Shown: positions 42,798 to 53,017 of the stretch, piece after piece
Layout of the letters: each line of letters opens with the position of its first letter
How positions within the stretch are numbered: position 1 is the stretch's first letter
Source of the DNA: an uncultured Acidobacteriota bacterium
GTDB taxonomy: Bacteria; Acidobacteriota; Vicinamibacteria; Vicinamibacterales; CAVVIG01
Length of the DNA: 64,000 bases
Assembly: GCA_963789965.1 (NCBI GenBank)
Contig: CAWBMO010000006.1
Span: 258,651-322,650 of the forward strand
Direction: 5' to 3'
Notes under the pieces: generated by a model
The model's database searches: none
The model's input: the letters and a program-made list of their open reading frames with translations, nothing else
Told to the model about the DNA's origin: nothing
Made by a program: the position numbers and the translations under genes

Positions 42798-44212
42798 CGA
42801 TGGGCAAGTCTTGGAGTGGCGCGGCGATCATCCTGCTGGGCTGGGGAGTGTTGGCGTTGGGGGCGACGAGGCCCTGGGGATATCTCCCCTTGCTGGCGGG
42901 AATGACCATTTACGGCGCCGCTTCCTTTCTACGACGCGAAGAGCCGGGTCTTGTCGGCCGCTGGCTTTGCTTCTCGCTGCTGACCCTGTGTGGTTCGGTT
43001 TTTCTCCAGCTGATTCCTTTGCCCGCAAACCTGCTGAGGGTGCTTAGTCCGGCCATCTCACCGATCGTCACGTTCCAAGGCGCGGCGTCGCTGGCGCCTG
43101 GACATGCAAGCCTCGACCGTTGGGCAGTCAGTCGCCCGCTTTCAGTTGATCCGAGCGCGACGGCGCTCGGCCTGGCCTGCGTGGTGGCCCTCGGCCTGTT
43201 CTTCGTCGGCACTGTCAGAACGATGGGGTCGAACGGCGCTCGTCAATTGGCCGTCGGCCTCGTCGGGCTCGGCACGATCGTCGCACTCATTGGCATCGTC
43301 GAAGCCAGCAGACGGTGGGGCACCATCTACAGCGCGGCAGGGTTACACCTGCCAAGGGACAGCAGACCCCTTGGACCGTTCTCGAGCAAGAACCACTACG
43401 TCGGGTGGATGCTGATGACCCTGGCCGTCACCCTCGGCTATCTCTGCGCGGCGCTCGAGCATTCCGCAGTCCTGGGCAATGGTCGGCGCTCACGACGCCG
43501 GTGGATGGAAATCGCTCGGATGGTCATCCTCCAATCGGCCGCCATGGCAATGGCCGTAGCCGTCGTCCAGACCAGATCCCGTGCCGGCATTCTGTGTCTG
43601 GCAGTGGCGATTGTGACGATGGGTGGGGTGCTGATCCATCGGCACGCAAACACCCGGACCCGGATTCTCATGGCGAGCCCCGTGGTGGTTTTGCTGTTGA
43701 CTGGAATCGCCGTCACTGGAGTGCAGCCCATCGTCAGCCGCTTCATCGTTCCTTCGTGGTTGACGGCGCACGGCCGGGTGCCCATTTGGCGCCAGGCGTC
43801 TGCGATCGCCCGGGACTTTCGCCTCACCGGTTCGGGCTTCAATACCTATCAGGCTATCGTGCCGTCCTACCCGTCGGCCGATCTTGGTGAACCGTACGAG
43901 GCCGCCCACAACGACTTTCTGCAACTGGCCCTCGAGGGAGGCTTGCTGGTCGGCCTTCCGGTCCTGGTGACTGTCGGGTTTTTCATCTGGGAAGTTCGGC
44001 AACGGTTCCGTGAGGCGTCAGACGACAGCGTGACTCGATGGCTCAGGCTGGGCGCAGTCGTCGGGCTCTCGCTCATCGCCGTCCAGGAAACGGTGGACTT
44101 CAGCCTGCAGATTCCTGGTAATGCTGCGCTGTTCGTCGTCCTTGCCGCGATTGCGGTTCACCGCGCGCCCGCCGAGCCCACGAGGGCCGACGCCAGCCGT
44201 TCGTCGACGTAG
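42794..44212 (+). CDS. O-antigen ligase-family (WaaL/Wzy_C) membrane protein
   Basis: GPFSSKNH, TRSRAG, RVPIW, GSGFNTY, AHNDFLQ motifs. Confidence 0.85.
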   Translation: MTMGKSWSGAAIILLGWGVLALGATRPWGYLPLLAGMTIYGAASFLRREEPGLVGRWLCFSLLTLCGSVFLQLIPLPANLLRVLSPAISPIVTFQGAASLAPGHASLDRWAVSRPLSVDPSATALGLACVVALGLFFVGTVRTMGSNGARQLAVGLVGLGTIVALIGIVEASRRWGTIYSAAGLHLPRDSRPLGPFSSKNHYVGWMLMTLAVTLGYLCAALEHSAVLGNGRRSRRRWMEIARMVILQSAAMAMAVAVVQTRSRAGILCLAVAIVTMGGVLIHRHANTRTRILMASPVVVLLLTGIAVTGVQPIVSRFIVPSWLTAHGRVPIWRQASAIARDFRLTGSGFNTYQAIVPSYPSADLGEPYEAAHNDFLQLALEGGLLVGLPVLVTVGFFIWEVRQRFREASDDSVTRWLRLGAVVGLSLIAVQETVDFSLQIPGNAALFVVLAAIAVHRAPAEPTRADASRSST

Positions 44213-44231
44213 TGAAAGGGAATGAGTTCGC

Positions 44232-45092
44232 ATGCTTAGTGAGAATGTATTCGACGGCACCGCAGCTGCCGATCTCCCGGTCGTCGTGATCGAGCCGAGA
44301 CGCGGCTGGGTTGGTGTGAATCTACCGGAACTCTTCCAGTATCGAGAGCTTGTCTTTTTCCTGGCGTGGCGTGATGTGAAGGTGCGCTACAAGCAGACGG
44401 TGCTTGGTGCCCTCTGGGCCATCCTCCAGCCGATCATCACCATGCTCGTCTTCAGCTTCTTCTTCGGCCGCCTGGCCAAGGTGCCATCGGATGGCGCGCC
44501 ATACCCTCTCTTCTCCTACACGGCACTAGTGCCATGGACCCTTTTCGCCACCGGCCTCACCCAATCGTCGAACTCTCTTGTGAACGGTGCCAACCTGCTG
44601 CGCAAGGTCTACTTTCCGCGGCTCGTCATGCCCATCGCGAGCGTTCTGGCCGGTGTGGTCGACTTCGTCCTGGCGTTCCTGGTGCTTCTGGGAATGATGC
44701 TCCTATATGGCTTTGTTCCCAATGCCGCTGTTCTCTTGATTCCCGGACTCTTTCTGCTGGCGGTCACGACGAGCCTCGGAGCGGGCCTCTGGTTGGCGGC
44801 CTTCAACGTCCGGTTCCGGGACGTCCGCTACATCATTCCCTTTCTCGTTGAGATCTGGCTGCTGGCTACCCCGATTGCGTACCCATCAAGCCTCCTCTCG
44901 AAGTCCTGGCGCCCGCTGTACGCCCTCAATCCCATGGTTGGCGTCGTGGAAGGATTTCGATGGGCGCTTCTTGGAACGGATACCGCACCCGGTCCAATGA
45001 TCATGGCCTCGTCAGTTGCTGCCGTGTCGCTGCTGGTGAGCGGTGTCTTCGTCTTTCGTCGAATGGAAAGGAACCTCGCAGATGTCGTCTGA
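44232..45092 (+). CDS. wzm: ABC-2 polysaccharide exporter permease
   Basis: RDVKVRYKQTVLG, KVYFPR, TPIAYP, LNPM motifs. Confidence 0.93.
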   Translation: MLSENVFDGTAAADLPVVVIEPRRGWVGVNLPELFQYRELVFFLAWRDVKVRYKQTVLGALWAILQPIITMLVFSFFFGRLAKVPSDGAPYPLFSYTALVPWTLFATGLTQSSNSLVNGANLLRKVYFPRLVMPIASVLAGVVDFVLAFLVLLGMMLLYGFVPNAAVLLIPGLFLLAVTTSLGAGLWLAAFNVRFRDVRYIIPFLVEIWLLATPIAYPSSLLSKSWRPLYALNPMVGVVEGFRWALLGTDTAPGPMIMASSVAAVSLLVSGVFVFRRMERNLADVV

Positions 45093-46383
45093 CGCCGCAA
45101 TCCGAGCAGAGGGCCTCGGCAAGCTCTACCAGCTCGGCACTAGATTCGAACCCCGCCTCACCCTGCGGGAGCAGATCAACCGCACGGTCCTGGCGCCCTA
45201 TCTCCGATTGCAGGCGGTTCTGCGAGGTGAGTCGGCTCGAATCTCGGGTGACGATTTCTGGGCGCTCAAGGACTTGTCGCTCTCGGTGTCGTACGGGGAG
45301 GTGGTCGGTGTCATCGGCCGCAACGGTGCGGGCAAGTCGACGCTCCTCAAGATCCTTTCCCGAATTACCGAACCGACTCACGGGAGGGCGGAGATCCGCG
45401 GAAGAGTGGGGTCGCTGCTCGAAGTGGGCACAGGCTTTCACTCGGAGTTGACCGGTCGCGAGAATATCTTCCTGAATGGCGTCATCTTAGGCATGACCCG
45501 CTCGGAGGTCGCCGCCAAGCTCGACCAGATCGTCGAGTTTGCAGAGGTCGAGCGGTTCCTCGATACGCAGGTCAAGAACTACTCGAGCGGCATGTCGCTC
45601 CGACTCGCCTTCGCAGTCGCTGCCCACCTCCAACCCGAAATCCTGATGGTCGACGAGGTTCTCGCCGTAGGCGACGCGGCCTTCCAACGCAAGTGCCTTG
45701 GCAAGATGAGCGACGTGGCCCAGGCAGGGCGAGCGATCCTCTTCGTGAGTCACAACCTCGAAGCGGTGCAAAGACTCTGTGATCGCTGCATCTGGCTCGA
45801 GGGGGGGCGACTACAACAGGAAGGTGATCCGGACACCGTCATCCGAGCGTACCTGGAACACGGTGAGTTGCTCGACTCATCATACGTGGGAGAGCGGCGG
45901 CCCGGCCCGAACGAGCCGATCGTCCTCAGGGAAGGAGCCGTTCTCGATGCCCACGGCGAACCCTCCGACGCGATCTGCTTCGGCGAGCCCTTTTCTCTGC
46001 GTCTCCGTTGGGACGTCGCCAAGTCGTTGCCCGGTGCGGTGTTCGTCGTGCACGTGCGCGATGCGAACGAGCGCCTCATCTTCGCCGCCAGCACTCATGG
46101 GTCCGAGCTGGAGGCCACAGCGGGAACGATGGAAACGATTTGCAACGTGCGAGAGAACGTTCTCCGTCCCGGCGACTACGGTGTGACGGTGACTTGCATA
46201 CGTCCGCCGCACATGCGCCTTCATTGCGTGGAGCGATGTCTGCGCCTGCGGGTGCTGGATGTGCCCGGCCCTCGTCGAAAGCGCTTGCATTTGTACGGCG
46301 AGGCCCTGGTTGCTCCAGACATCCAGTGGGAGGCTCGGGGCGCGGTTGCATCCGCGACGGTTCCCAACCAAGGGACTAGCTAG
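45082..46383 (+). CDS. wzt: ABC polysaccharide exporter ATPase with C-terminal Wzt_C domain
   Basis: GRNGAGKST, YSSGM, DEVLAVGD, VSH; C-terminal beta-sandwich extension (LRPGDY). Confidence 0.93.
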   Translation: MSSDAAIRAEGLGKLYQLGTRFEPRLTLREQINRTVLAPYLRLQAVLRGESARISGDDFWALKDLSLSVSYGEVVGVIGRNGAGKSTLLKILSRITEPTHGRAEIRGRVGSLLEVGTGFHSELTGRENIFLNGVILGMTRSEVAAKLDQIVEFAEVERFLDTQVKNYSSGMSLRLAFAVAAHLQPEILMVDEVLAVGDAAFQRKCLGKMSDVAQAGRAILFVSHNLEAVQRLCDRCIWLEGGRLQQEGDPDTVIRAYLEHGELLDSSYVGERRPGPNEPIVLREGAVLDAHGEPSDAICFGEPFSLRLRWDVAKSLPGAVFVVHVRDANERLIFAASTHGSELEATAGTMETICNVRENVLRPGDYGVTVTCIRPPHMRLHCVERCLRLRVLDVPGPRRKRLHLYGEALVAPDIQWEARGAVASATVPNQGTS

Positions 46384-46431
46384 CCGAGTGGACTGGGCGC
46401 TGGACAACCCACAGGCCCGCGAGCGTCACAC

Positions 46432-47391
46432 GTGATTAGACTCGCTGCGTTCATCATGACGCGAAACCGTCCTCAAATCTTGAAGAGGACTCTGCAGCTC
46501 TTGTTGAGCCAGACGAGGGCACCTGACTGTGTCCTCGTCGTAGACAATGGACCGTCAAAGGAGACCGAGAGTGTCGTGTCAGCGTTTTCGCCCACACTGG
46601 TCAACTATCACGCGATGAGGGAGAACGTGGGACCAGCCGGCGCGGCGGCATACGCGCTCGACCGACTCAGTCAACAGGGCTTCGAGTGGATTTATTGGGG
46701 GGACGATGATGATCCTCCGGCATCGGCTGACACGATCGAACGCCTAATAGAGATTGCAGCGAACACAGGTGAGGACACAGGCGCGGTTGGTGCAGTAGGC
46801 GGAATGTGGGATTGGGCCACGGGCGAAATACGACGAGTTCCCGACGAGGCGCTCAGCGGCCTTATTAGTGTCGACGCGATCTCGGGGAATCAGCACCTCA
46901 TTCTGCGAGCGGAGTTGGTGGCTAAAGTTGGATTGCCTGACTCTCGCCTATTCTTTGGTCTTGAAGAACTTGAATACTGCCTAAGAATCAGAGCCGCCGG
47001 CTATCGTTTGCTGGTGGACGGAGACTTGATGCGGGAGTATCGTGCGAGGTCGGGGCATTTGCGTCGGAGGCGTCGACGATCGATAGTGCCGCATTGCTCC
47101 TACGCCAGCATCTGGCGGCAGTACTATTCCACTCGGAACTACATCTTCGCGATGACGAGGACTTTCCAGCATCCCGAGCTCGCCCGACGGGAGCTGTTCA
47201 AGGCCATCGGCCGGACGTGCTTCTCCTGGGCGCGGGGGCCGAAGTACGGGTCTGCGTTTACAAGGCTGCAGATACGAGGCGTCGTCGACGGATATCTGGG
47301 GCGCATGGGACGCACGGTCATCCCCACCCCGAAGTACGGGAACGGCACGGCAACTCCCGGTCTTTTCGTGAGCAACCGGTCCGTAGGTTAA
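46432..47391 (+). CDS. Glycosyltransferase family 2
   Basis: TRNR, VVDNG, NVGPAGA, WGDDDD, YYSTRN. Confidence 0.88.
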   Translation: MIRLAAFIMTRNRPQILKRTLQLLLSQTRAPDCVLVVDNGPSKETESVVSAFSPTLVNYHAMRENVGPAGAAAYALDRLSQQGFEWIYWGDDDDPPASADTIERLIEIAANTGEDTGAVGAVGGMWDWATGEIRRVPDEALSGLISVDAISGNQHLILRAELVAKVGLPDSRLFFGLEELEYCLRIRAAGYRLLVDGDLMREYRARSGHLRRRRRRSIVPHCSYASIWRQYYSTRNYIFAMTRTFQHPELARRELFKAIGRTCFSWARGPKYGSAFTRLQIRGVVDGYLGRMGRTVIPTPKYGNGTATPGLFVSNRSVG

Positions 47392-47534
47392 TCCAAGGTT
47401 TCAGCAATTGGCCAAGCACGCCTGGTGTCGATCGAATACTGGGAACGCGAAGAGCGTCACGAAACTCATGATGGCTTGCGCGCGGTCAGGATCATCGGTG
47501 TGAACGACTTTATCTAACCATCATTGACCAATAG

Positions 47535-49341
47535 TTGTTAAGCACAAGCAGACCTTTAGCCTTGGCAAGAAGGAAGCCGGAAGCGTTGACGGCAGAGTTC
47601 GCCCTTCGAGTTGTCACTGAGGGAGAGGTTCTTGCCTTACTCAAACAAGTGGAATTCGTCTCAGCCTGGCACAACCTGGCGAACGTAGACAAGAAGTTCA
47701 CGGCAATTCAAGAACTTCCCTTTGTTGCCACCTGGTACAGAGTGTACTTTGAGCAGTACGCACCGATCCTCTGTTTGGCCTACGGCCAATCCAACGATCT
47801 GCTCGGGTTGATGCCGCTCGCGCAGCATCGGACGACGGGTGCAATCAGCCATGCTGGCGCTGGCCAGGCAGAATATCACGGCTGGATTTCGGTTCCAGAA
47901 ATTGAAGACGAGTTTCCGACAGCCTGTGTTATCGAGATCGGGCGACGTCTTCGACCGGCCGTCTGGCACTGGCGATGGCTTCCTCCCGGAGCGTCAACGC
48001 GCTGGCTCTCGTCCGAGGCGCTTGAACGAGTTGGCATCCATGTCAGATCAATCAAGCGACCAAATTGGGTGATCGATCTGCAAGATGATGAACATCTTTG
48101 CCGGATACGACAAAGATCATCGCTTAAGAACAACATTAACAAACACAAACGCACGGCTCATTTTGGTCTTGAACGAATCACCGATAAAGCTGCCACCTGC
48201 AGACTGATGGATTCTATTGCTGCCCAGTACCGATCTTCGAGCCACCGCCGTCTACGGGAGCTCAGGCTTCAGGGGAGACAAACACAAAGCGAGTTTTTTT
48301 ATAGAGCGGCAAAACTATCCGGCGGTACATCACTACTCTGTTCTGTGGTCGAATCATCATGTTCTGGCCTTTAACTTCGGAGCCTGCGATCGCAGCAGAG
48401 TGCTGCTCGGGCTATTCGCCTTCAATCCGGTCGAGGCTCGCACTTCGCCTGGAAGAATTCTCATCGTTGAATTGGCCAGGAAACTGAAGGCAGAGGGATT
48501 TCGTTATCTCGACCTCACTCCAGGGCGCCAGCTGTTTAAGGAACAATTGGCGAACAGCCACGAGGAGCTAGTCTTACCAACGTTTTACTTCTCTAAACGA
48601 GCCAGGCTTATCGCTGACTTGAAAGAGTCGACGAACACACTGGCGAAGCGCGTCCTCAGATGGGTGCGCATAGATGATCCGCACAAGAGGCAGCAGTTTG
48701 TCGATCAACTCATTGGGTTGCGCGTGAAGCTAAAACGCACGACTCCAGGGTCGGTGTGTCGTCGGCTTGCCCGAATGATCTATAGGCGGGCTGAGTATCT
48801 CTATTATGGAATCGACTGTTCAACGACGCGAGAGGATCAAGACGCACCGCAAGATTCGGAGATAGGAATTCAACGGTACGCGGACCTCTTGGCCTGTGTG
48901 GATTCAAGTCCTCGCTTGGCCAACGCGGAATTCTTGGAGCGCAGCCTCCGACGTTTCAACGCCGGTGACGTTCTATATTCGATCACGAAGAGTGGTGTGC
49001 TTGCTCATCATGGCTGGTTACAAAAGACACAGGAGGCGTCCTCGTCCGAATACTCGATGAAACTCCTGGGTCCAAAGGGCAGTGTCACGCTCGACGATTT
49101 CTACACGGTGCCGTCCTTTCGAAGGCAAGGTTTGTTTACCCGCACTCTCCAACAGATCATCCGCGATTGTGGAAAGTCCGGCGTGCCAAATGTGCTCATT
49201 GCCGTCGACAGAAACAATTGGCAAGCGAGAAATGTGATTGAGAACGTCGGTTTTTCAGTATTCCGCGGTTATAGACGAACCCAATTTCTACAATGGGTCT
49301 GGGAAAAAAGTTTTGGTCCCGAGACTGGCCCCCTCACCTAG
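47535..49341 (+). CDS. CelD/BcsL-type GNAT protein with extra C-terminal GNAT domain, indel at ~48231
   Basis: LLGLMPL...AEYHGW; SPGRILI...YLDLTPG...KEQLAN; C-terminal DFYTVPSFRRQGLF...NVIENVGF. Start may be TTG 47586. Confidence 0.72.
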
Positions 49342-49405
49342 CCGCATCGAAGTCTTGCAGGCCCGCACTCTAAGCCCCCTGTTCCCGACTCACGCGGATG
49401 ATCCG

Positions 49406-50488
49406 ATGCCAGTTTCCGGCAAGAGACTCGTGTTAGTTAGATCAGGACGGTTCTCGGGATCAGCAATCTCCCTTCGTGACGAGTTGAAGTCGAGAGTAGA
49501 GCTTGTCGATGTCGATCTCCAGAACCTCGGTTATGACCTCAAGTTGGTGTTGGGTAGGACACGCGCCATCAGCGAGGCTCGGCTGGCTGGTGGACAGATA
49601 CCGTGGGCACGGACCGCTTCATGGACAACGGCACTGGAGCGAAGATGCTCTCGACTCGGTGTCTTCGACGGGGCGACGCCCATTCTGTTCGTTCAAAGCG
49701 CAGTACCCATGCGTACTGGAGAGGGCCTCCGGTACTTCGTATACACCGATCGGGTGGGCGCCGAGGGAGTCGCCGTAGGCGGGTCTTACCGCTCCCGTCA
49801 CACGGATCGGTGGCGTGAGCTCGAGAGGCGGTTCTTACGCTCAGCTTCACGCGTGTTCGTCATGGGGCCCTCGACAAAGAAGGTGTTAAGTTCAGACGCA
49901 TACGGGCTCGATGTCGAACGAGTGCATGTTGTTGGGGCTGGCCCGAACTGTGGTCTGACTGAGGCGCGTGCCGCCGGTGGACAATGCCGCAGGGTTCTCT
50001 TCGTCGGAACTAACTGGGCAGCGAAGGGTGGGCCCGAGCTCATGGAGGCGTTCAGCCGAGTGCGGGCCGACAACCCCGAAATGGAGCTAGTCATTGTCGG
50101 CTCCGCTCCAAATGGTGCTATTCCGCCGGGCGTAAGCGTGCTCGGAACGGTTGCGCCGTCCTTGATGGACAGTGTCTATTCAGGGGCCGACGTCCTCGCC
50201 ATTCCAACTCATATGGAAGCATTTGGTATTTCGTTTGTGGAAGCGCTCCTTAAAGGGATTCCGTGCATTGGTACGAGCGTCGGGAACCAGGCCTGGATCA
50301 TTCGTGACGCTGGGATTTGCATCGAGCCCGGAAACGTCGCAGCCCTGGCGGAGGCTTTCAGAGTCATGGTTCGTGACTACTCTCGTTTCCAGAGCGCCGC
50401 CTTGACGCGGAGCGCCGTGCTTCGCGAGGAGATGAGGTGGAGCTCAGTGGCGGAGTCGATCGTCAGGCTGGCCTTGGATGAGAATTAA
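49406..50488 (+). CDS. Glycosyltransferase family 4
   Basis: LFVGTNWAAKGG; EAFGISFVEA. Confidence 0.85.
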   Translation: MPVSGKRLVLVRSGRFSGSAISLRDELKSRVELVDVDLQNLGYDLKLVLGRTRAISEARLAGGQIPWARTASWTTALERRCSRLGVFDGATPILFVQSAVPMRTGEGLRYFVYTDRVGAEGVAVGGSYRSRHTDRWRELERRFLRSASRVFVMGPSTKKVLSSDAYGLDVERVHVVGAGPNCGLTEARAAGGQCRRVLFVGTNWAAKGGPELMEAFSRVRADNPEMELVIVGSAPNGAIPPGVSVLGTVAPSLMDSVYSGADVLAIPTHMEAFGISFVEALLKGIPCIGTSVGNQAWIIRDAGICIEPGNVAALAEAFRVMVRDYSRFQSAALTRSAVLREEMRWSSVAESIVRLALDEN

Positions 50489-50621
50489 GTCCATCCGGCT
50501 CGATTTTAGGGAAGACCCGAATGACGATTGCTGACCGCATCAAGGCGTTTGCCAGAGTCACGACGCGACACCACAACTTCGATGTCGGGAGATTTTCGGT
50601 GCCCCACAGTCCACGACGAGC

Positions 50622-51374
50622 ATGATTATCGAGTTCGTCGGCCTAATGGGTGCTGGCAAGACCACGCTCCACCGACGCGCCGTACGGAGGCTCGAAGCAC
50701 TGGACCGGTCCTTCTGGACGTCGAGCCTGATCGAGGAAGGATCGAGACCCGGGCATCAGCGCGCTGTTCGCGCATTCACCAATGGGAGCCGCATCCTTTT
50801 CGCACGCCCACGTCGTTTCGCGTTCAGAGCGCTCGCGTCGTGGCGGTCGCGTGGCCTCTTTTCCATCGCCGTGTATCAGCTGCTAAAGAGCGGACGTCCC
50901 TATAGGGACCGCCTGAAAGGTTTGAGGTGGTTTCTGACAGACCTCGGAAAGCATCAGACTGCGCGCTCCAACATTTCCCCAAAACACATCGTGTTGTTCG
51001 ATGAGGGTTTGGTTCAGCGCGTGTTCAACATATTCATCCACGGTAGTGGGGAAATTGATGTCGCAGGGCTCAGAGACTACGCTCGTGTCCTCCCTCTTCC
51101 CGACGTTCTCATCTATCTCGTCGTCGATTCCGAAGTCGCAGTTAGGCGTACGCAAGCGCGGCCAAGTAGTAGCCTCTCCATGCGATTCCGAGCCTTAGAC
51201 TCTGCTCAACTGAGTAGAGTCTTCGCAGACGCCGCACGCGCCCTTGACGTGTTAGTCGGTGAGGTGCGAATCGCTGACCGTCGACGAGTGAATGTCATTG
51301 TCATCGACACCAACGATCTGGATGTGGCCAAGGCGAAATTCGATGCTCAGGTGGTTCCGCTCTTAGTTCGTTAG
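50622..51374 (+). CDS. P-loop nucleotide-kinase-like protein
   Basis: IIEFVGLMGAGKTT Walker A; LFDEG; PDVLIYL...AVRR lid. Confidence 0.7.
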   Translation: MIIEFVGLMGAGKTTLHRRAVRRLEALDRSFWTSSLIEEGSRPGHQRAVRAFTNGSRILFARPRRFAFRALASWRSRGLFSIAVYQLLKSGRPYRDRLKGLRWFLTDLGKHQTARSNISPKHIVLFDEGLVQRVFNIFIHGSGEIDVAGLRDYARVLPLPDVLIYLVVDSEVAVRRTQARPSSSLSMRFRALDSAQLSRVFADAARALDVLVGEVRIADRRRVNVIVIDTNDLDVAKAKFDAQVVPLLVR

Positions 51375-51402
51375 CGTTGAGACCCGGAGACTGGAGTAAC
51401 CA

Positions 51403-52578
51403 TTGACATCGCCTCAGCGCCTCTTTCATCTTCAACGGGTGTGCCTCAACTGGACCGCGTCTTATTTCAAGCGCCGGTTCAGGAAGGCACAAACACCTGT
51501 GCATGTTCTTTTTTGCACGACCGATCATTACGAACCCGGCACCGACAATGCGACGGCAGATTTGGAAAGAGAACGGGTTGAGGCTCTGCTGGCACGGTAT
51601 CCAGCCTTAGCAGATAGACACGAAGACGCAGCGGGCAATGTGCCCAAAAGAACCTGGTTCTTTCCACCCCACTATCACCGAAACGGTTCTTTGAAAAAAC
51701 TCGTGTCGCTCTGTGAGCGCGGTTACGGCGAGATAGAGCTGCATCTTCATCACGGAAAAAAGAAGCCAGATACGGCGGAGAACCTGCGCCGAACGCTCGA
51801 CCTGTGCGTCAAAGAGTATTCCCATTTTGGGATTTTCGGATCTGAGTCAGGACGGAAGCGCTACGCCTTCATTCACGGCGATTGGGCCCTTGACAACTCC
51901 AGAGGGGGCAAATATTGCGGCGTCGACAACGAACTGACCATCCTAAAAGAAACCGGTTGCTATGCCGACTTCACCTTTCCATCGCTGACCGAGGCCGATC
52001 CCCTACAAATGAATTCCGTATTTTACGCAAAAGACGTTCCAGAGAAAGCAAAGAGTCATAACACTGGTGCTCTGGTGCAACGCGGCGGCCATGAAAGTGA
52101 CGACCTGGTGATGATTCAGGGACCGGTATATCCCTTTGTCATGGATGCGCAGGCTGTCAAAAAGACATGTTTTAGAGTGAGAGCACTCGGTGATTCAATC
52201 AACACGAAATATAGAACGACGACGAAGAGAATAGATGCCTGGGTGAGAACGGGGATACATGTGTCTGGTAAACCCAATTGGATCATCGTAAAGACGTCAA
52301 CACACGGAGCCACCGATGCAGAGGCGGTCTTAGGGCCAGAGATGGAGCACATTTTCAGCTATTTCGAACAGCAGTACAACGATGGTGTCAATTGTGTGCT
52401 GCACTACGTGACGGCCAGAGAGCTGTACAACATGGTCAAGGCCATTGAAGCCGGAGAGTCGTGCGATGATCCTGAGGAGTACAGAAATTATAGGATCAAA
52501 CCTCCTATCTACAATGATCAGGCCCCTTACTTGGAGGCCTCTAGCGAGCTGACAAGTTTGGTTGACAATACTTACTAG
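51403..52578 (+). CDS. Hypothetical protein, His/Asp-rich, possible metal-dependent carbohydrate esterase fold
   Basis: 391-aa intact ORF; DHYEP, EIELHLHH, FIHGDWALDNS, GCYADFTFP, HYVTARE. Confidence 0.65.
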   Translation: MTSPQRLFHLQRVCLNWTASYFKRRFRKAQTPVHVLFCTTDHYEPGTDNATADLERERVEALLARYPALADRHEDAAGNVPKRTWFFPPHYHRNGSLKKLVSLCERGYGEIELHLHHGKKKPDTAENLRRTLDLCVKEYSHFGIFGSESGRKRYAFIHGDWALDNSRGGKYCGVDNELTILKETGCYADFTFPSLTEADPLQMNSVFYAKDVPEKAKSHNTGALVQRGGHESDDLVMIQGPVYPFVMDAQAVKKTCFRVRALGDSINTKYRTTTKRIDAWVRTGIHVSGKPNWIIVKTSTHGATDAEAVLGPEMEHIFSYFEQQYNDGVNCVLHYVTARELYNMVKAIEAGESCDDPEEYRNYRIKPPIYNDQAPYLEASSELTSLVDNTY

Positions 52579-52754
52579 TCACAAGAGCGCTGCTATCTGA
52601 CGACGAGCGCCTACGACATGACCACGCTGAACTTTCTCGGGAGAGCTTCCGGGTGCTCGCCGGCCTGAATAGAGAGCGATTTAGTCGACTATTCGGAACG
52701 CAACTCCCGACCCCCCGCGGAGGTTCCGCAACACCTGCTTGCCCTATTCTCACA

Positions 52755-52981
52755 CTTGATGCGACCGCCGCGAACGTCCGCATTCGCAACAAGAGTAAGA
52801 GTACCGTGAGCCGCTAGTTCATGGCGATTACGGCAGCTCAGCTCGATGCGTGACAGCCCCACACACTTGATTCGCTCCCTCTGAATGCGCTGGCCATCGA
52901 TGGCATCCAAGCCCAGAGCGCCGCATCGTCGAGGCGCTGGGCATCGATGAGACGGGCCGTAAATGCGCGCTCGCGCTTCGC
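52755..52981 (+). mobile_element. Decayed IS256-family transposase fragment
   Basis: Manual translation KSKSTVSR*FMAITAAQLDA*QPHTLDSLPLNALAIDGIQ / ERRIVEALGIDETGRKCALALR resembles the IS256 SKSAVSR...IDG...ALGIDxxGxK region; two in-frame stops and a frameshift. Confidence 0.7.
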
Positions 52982-53017
52982 CTCCCGATCACTCCGGCTC
53001 GCCATGGATGCAACACA

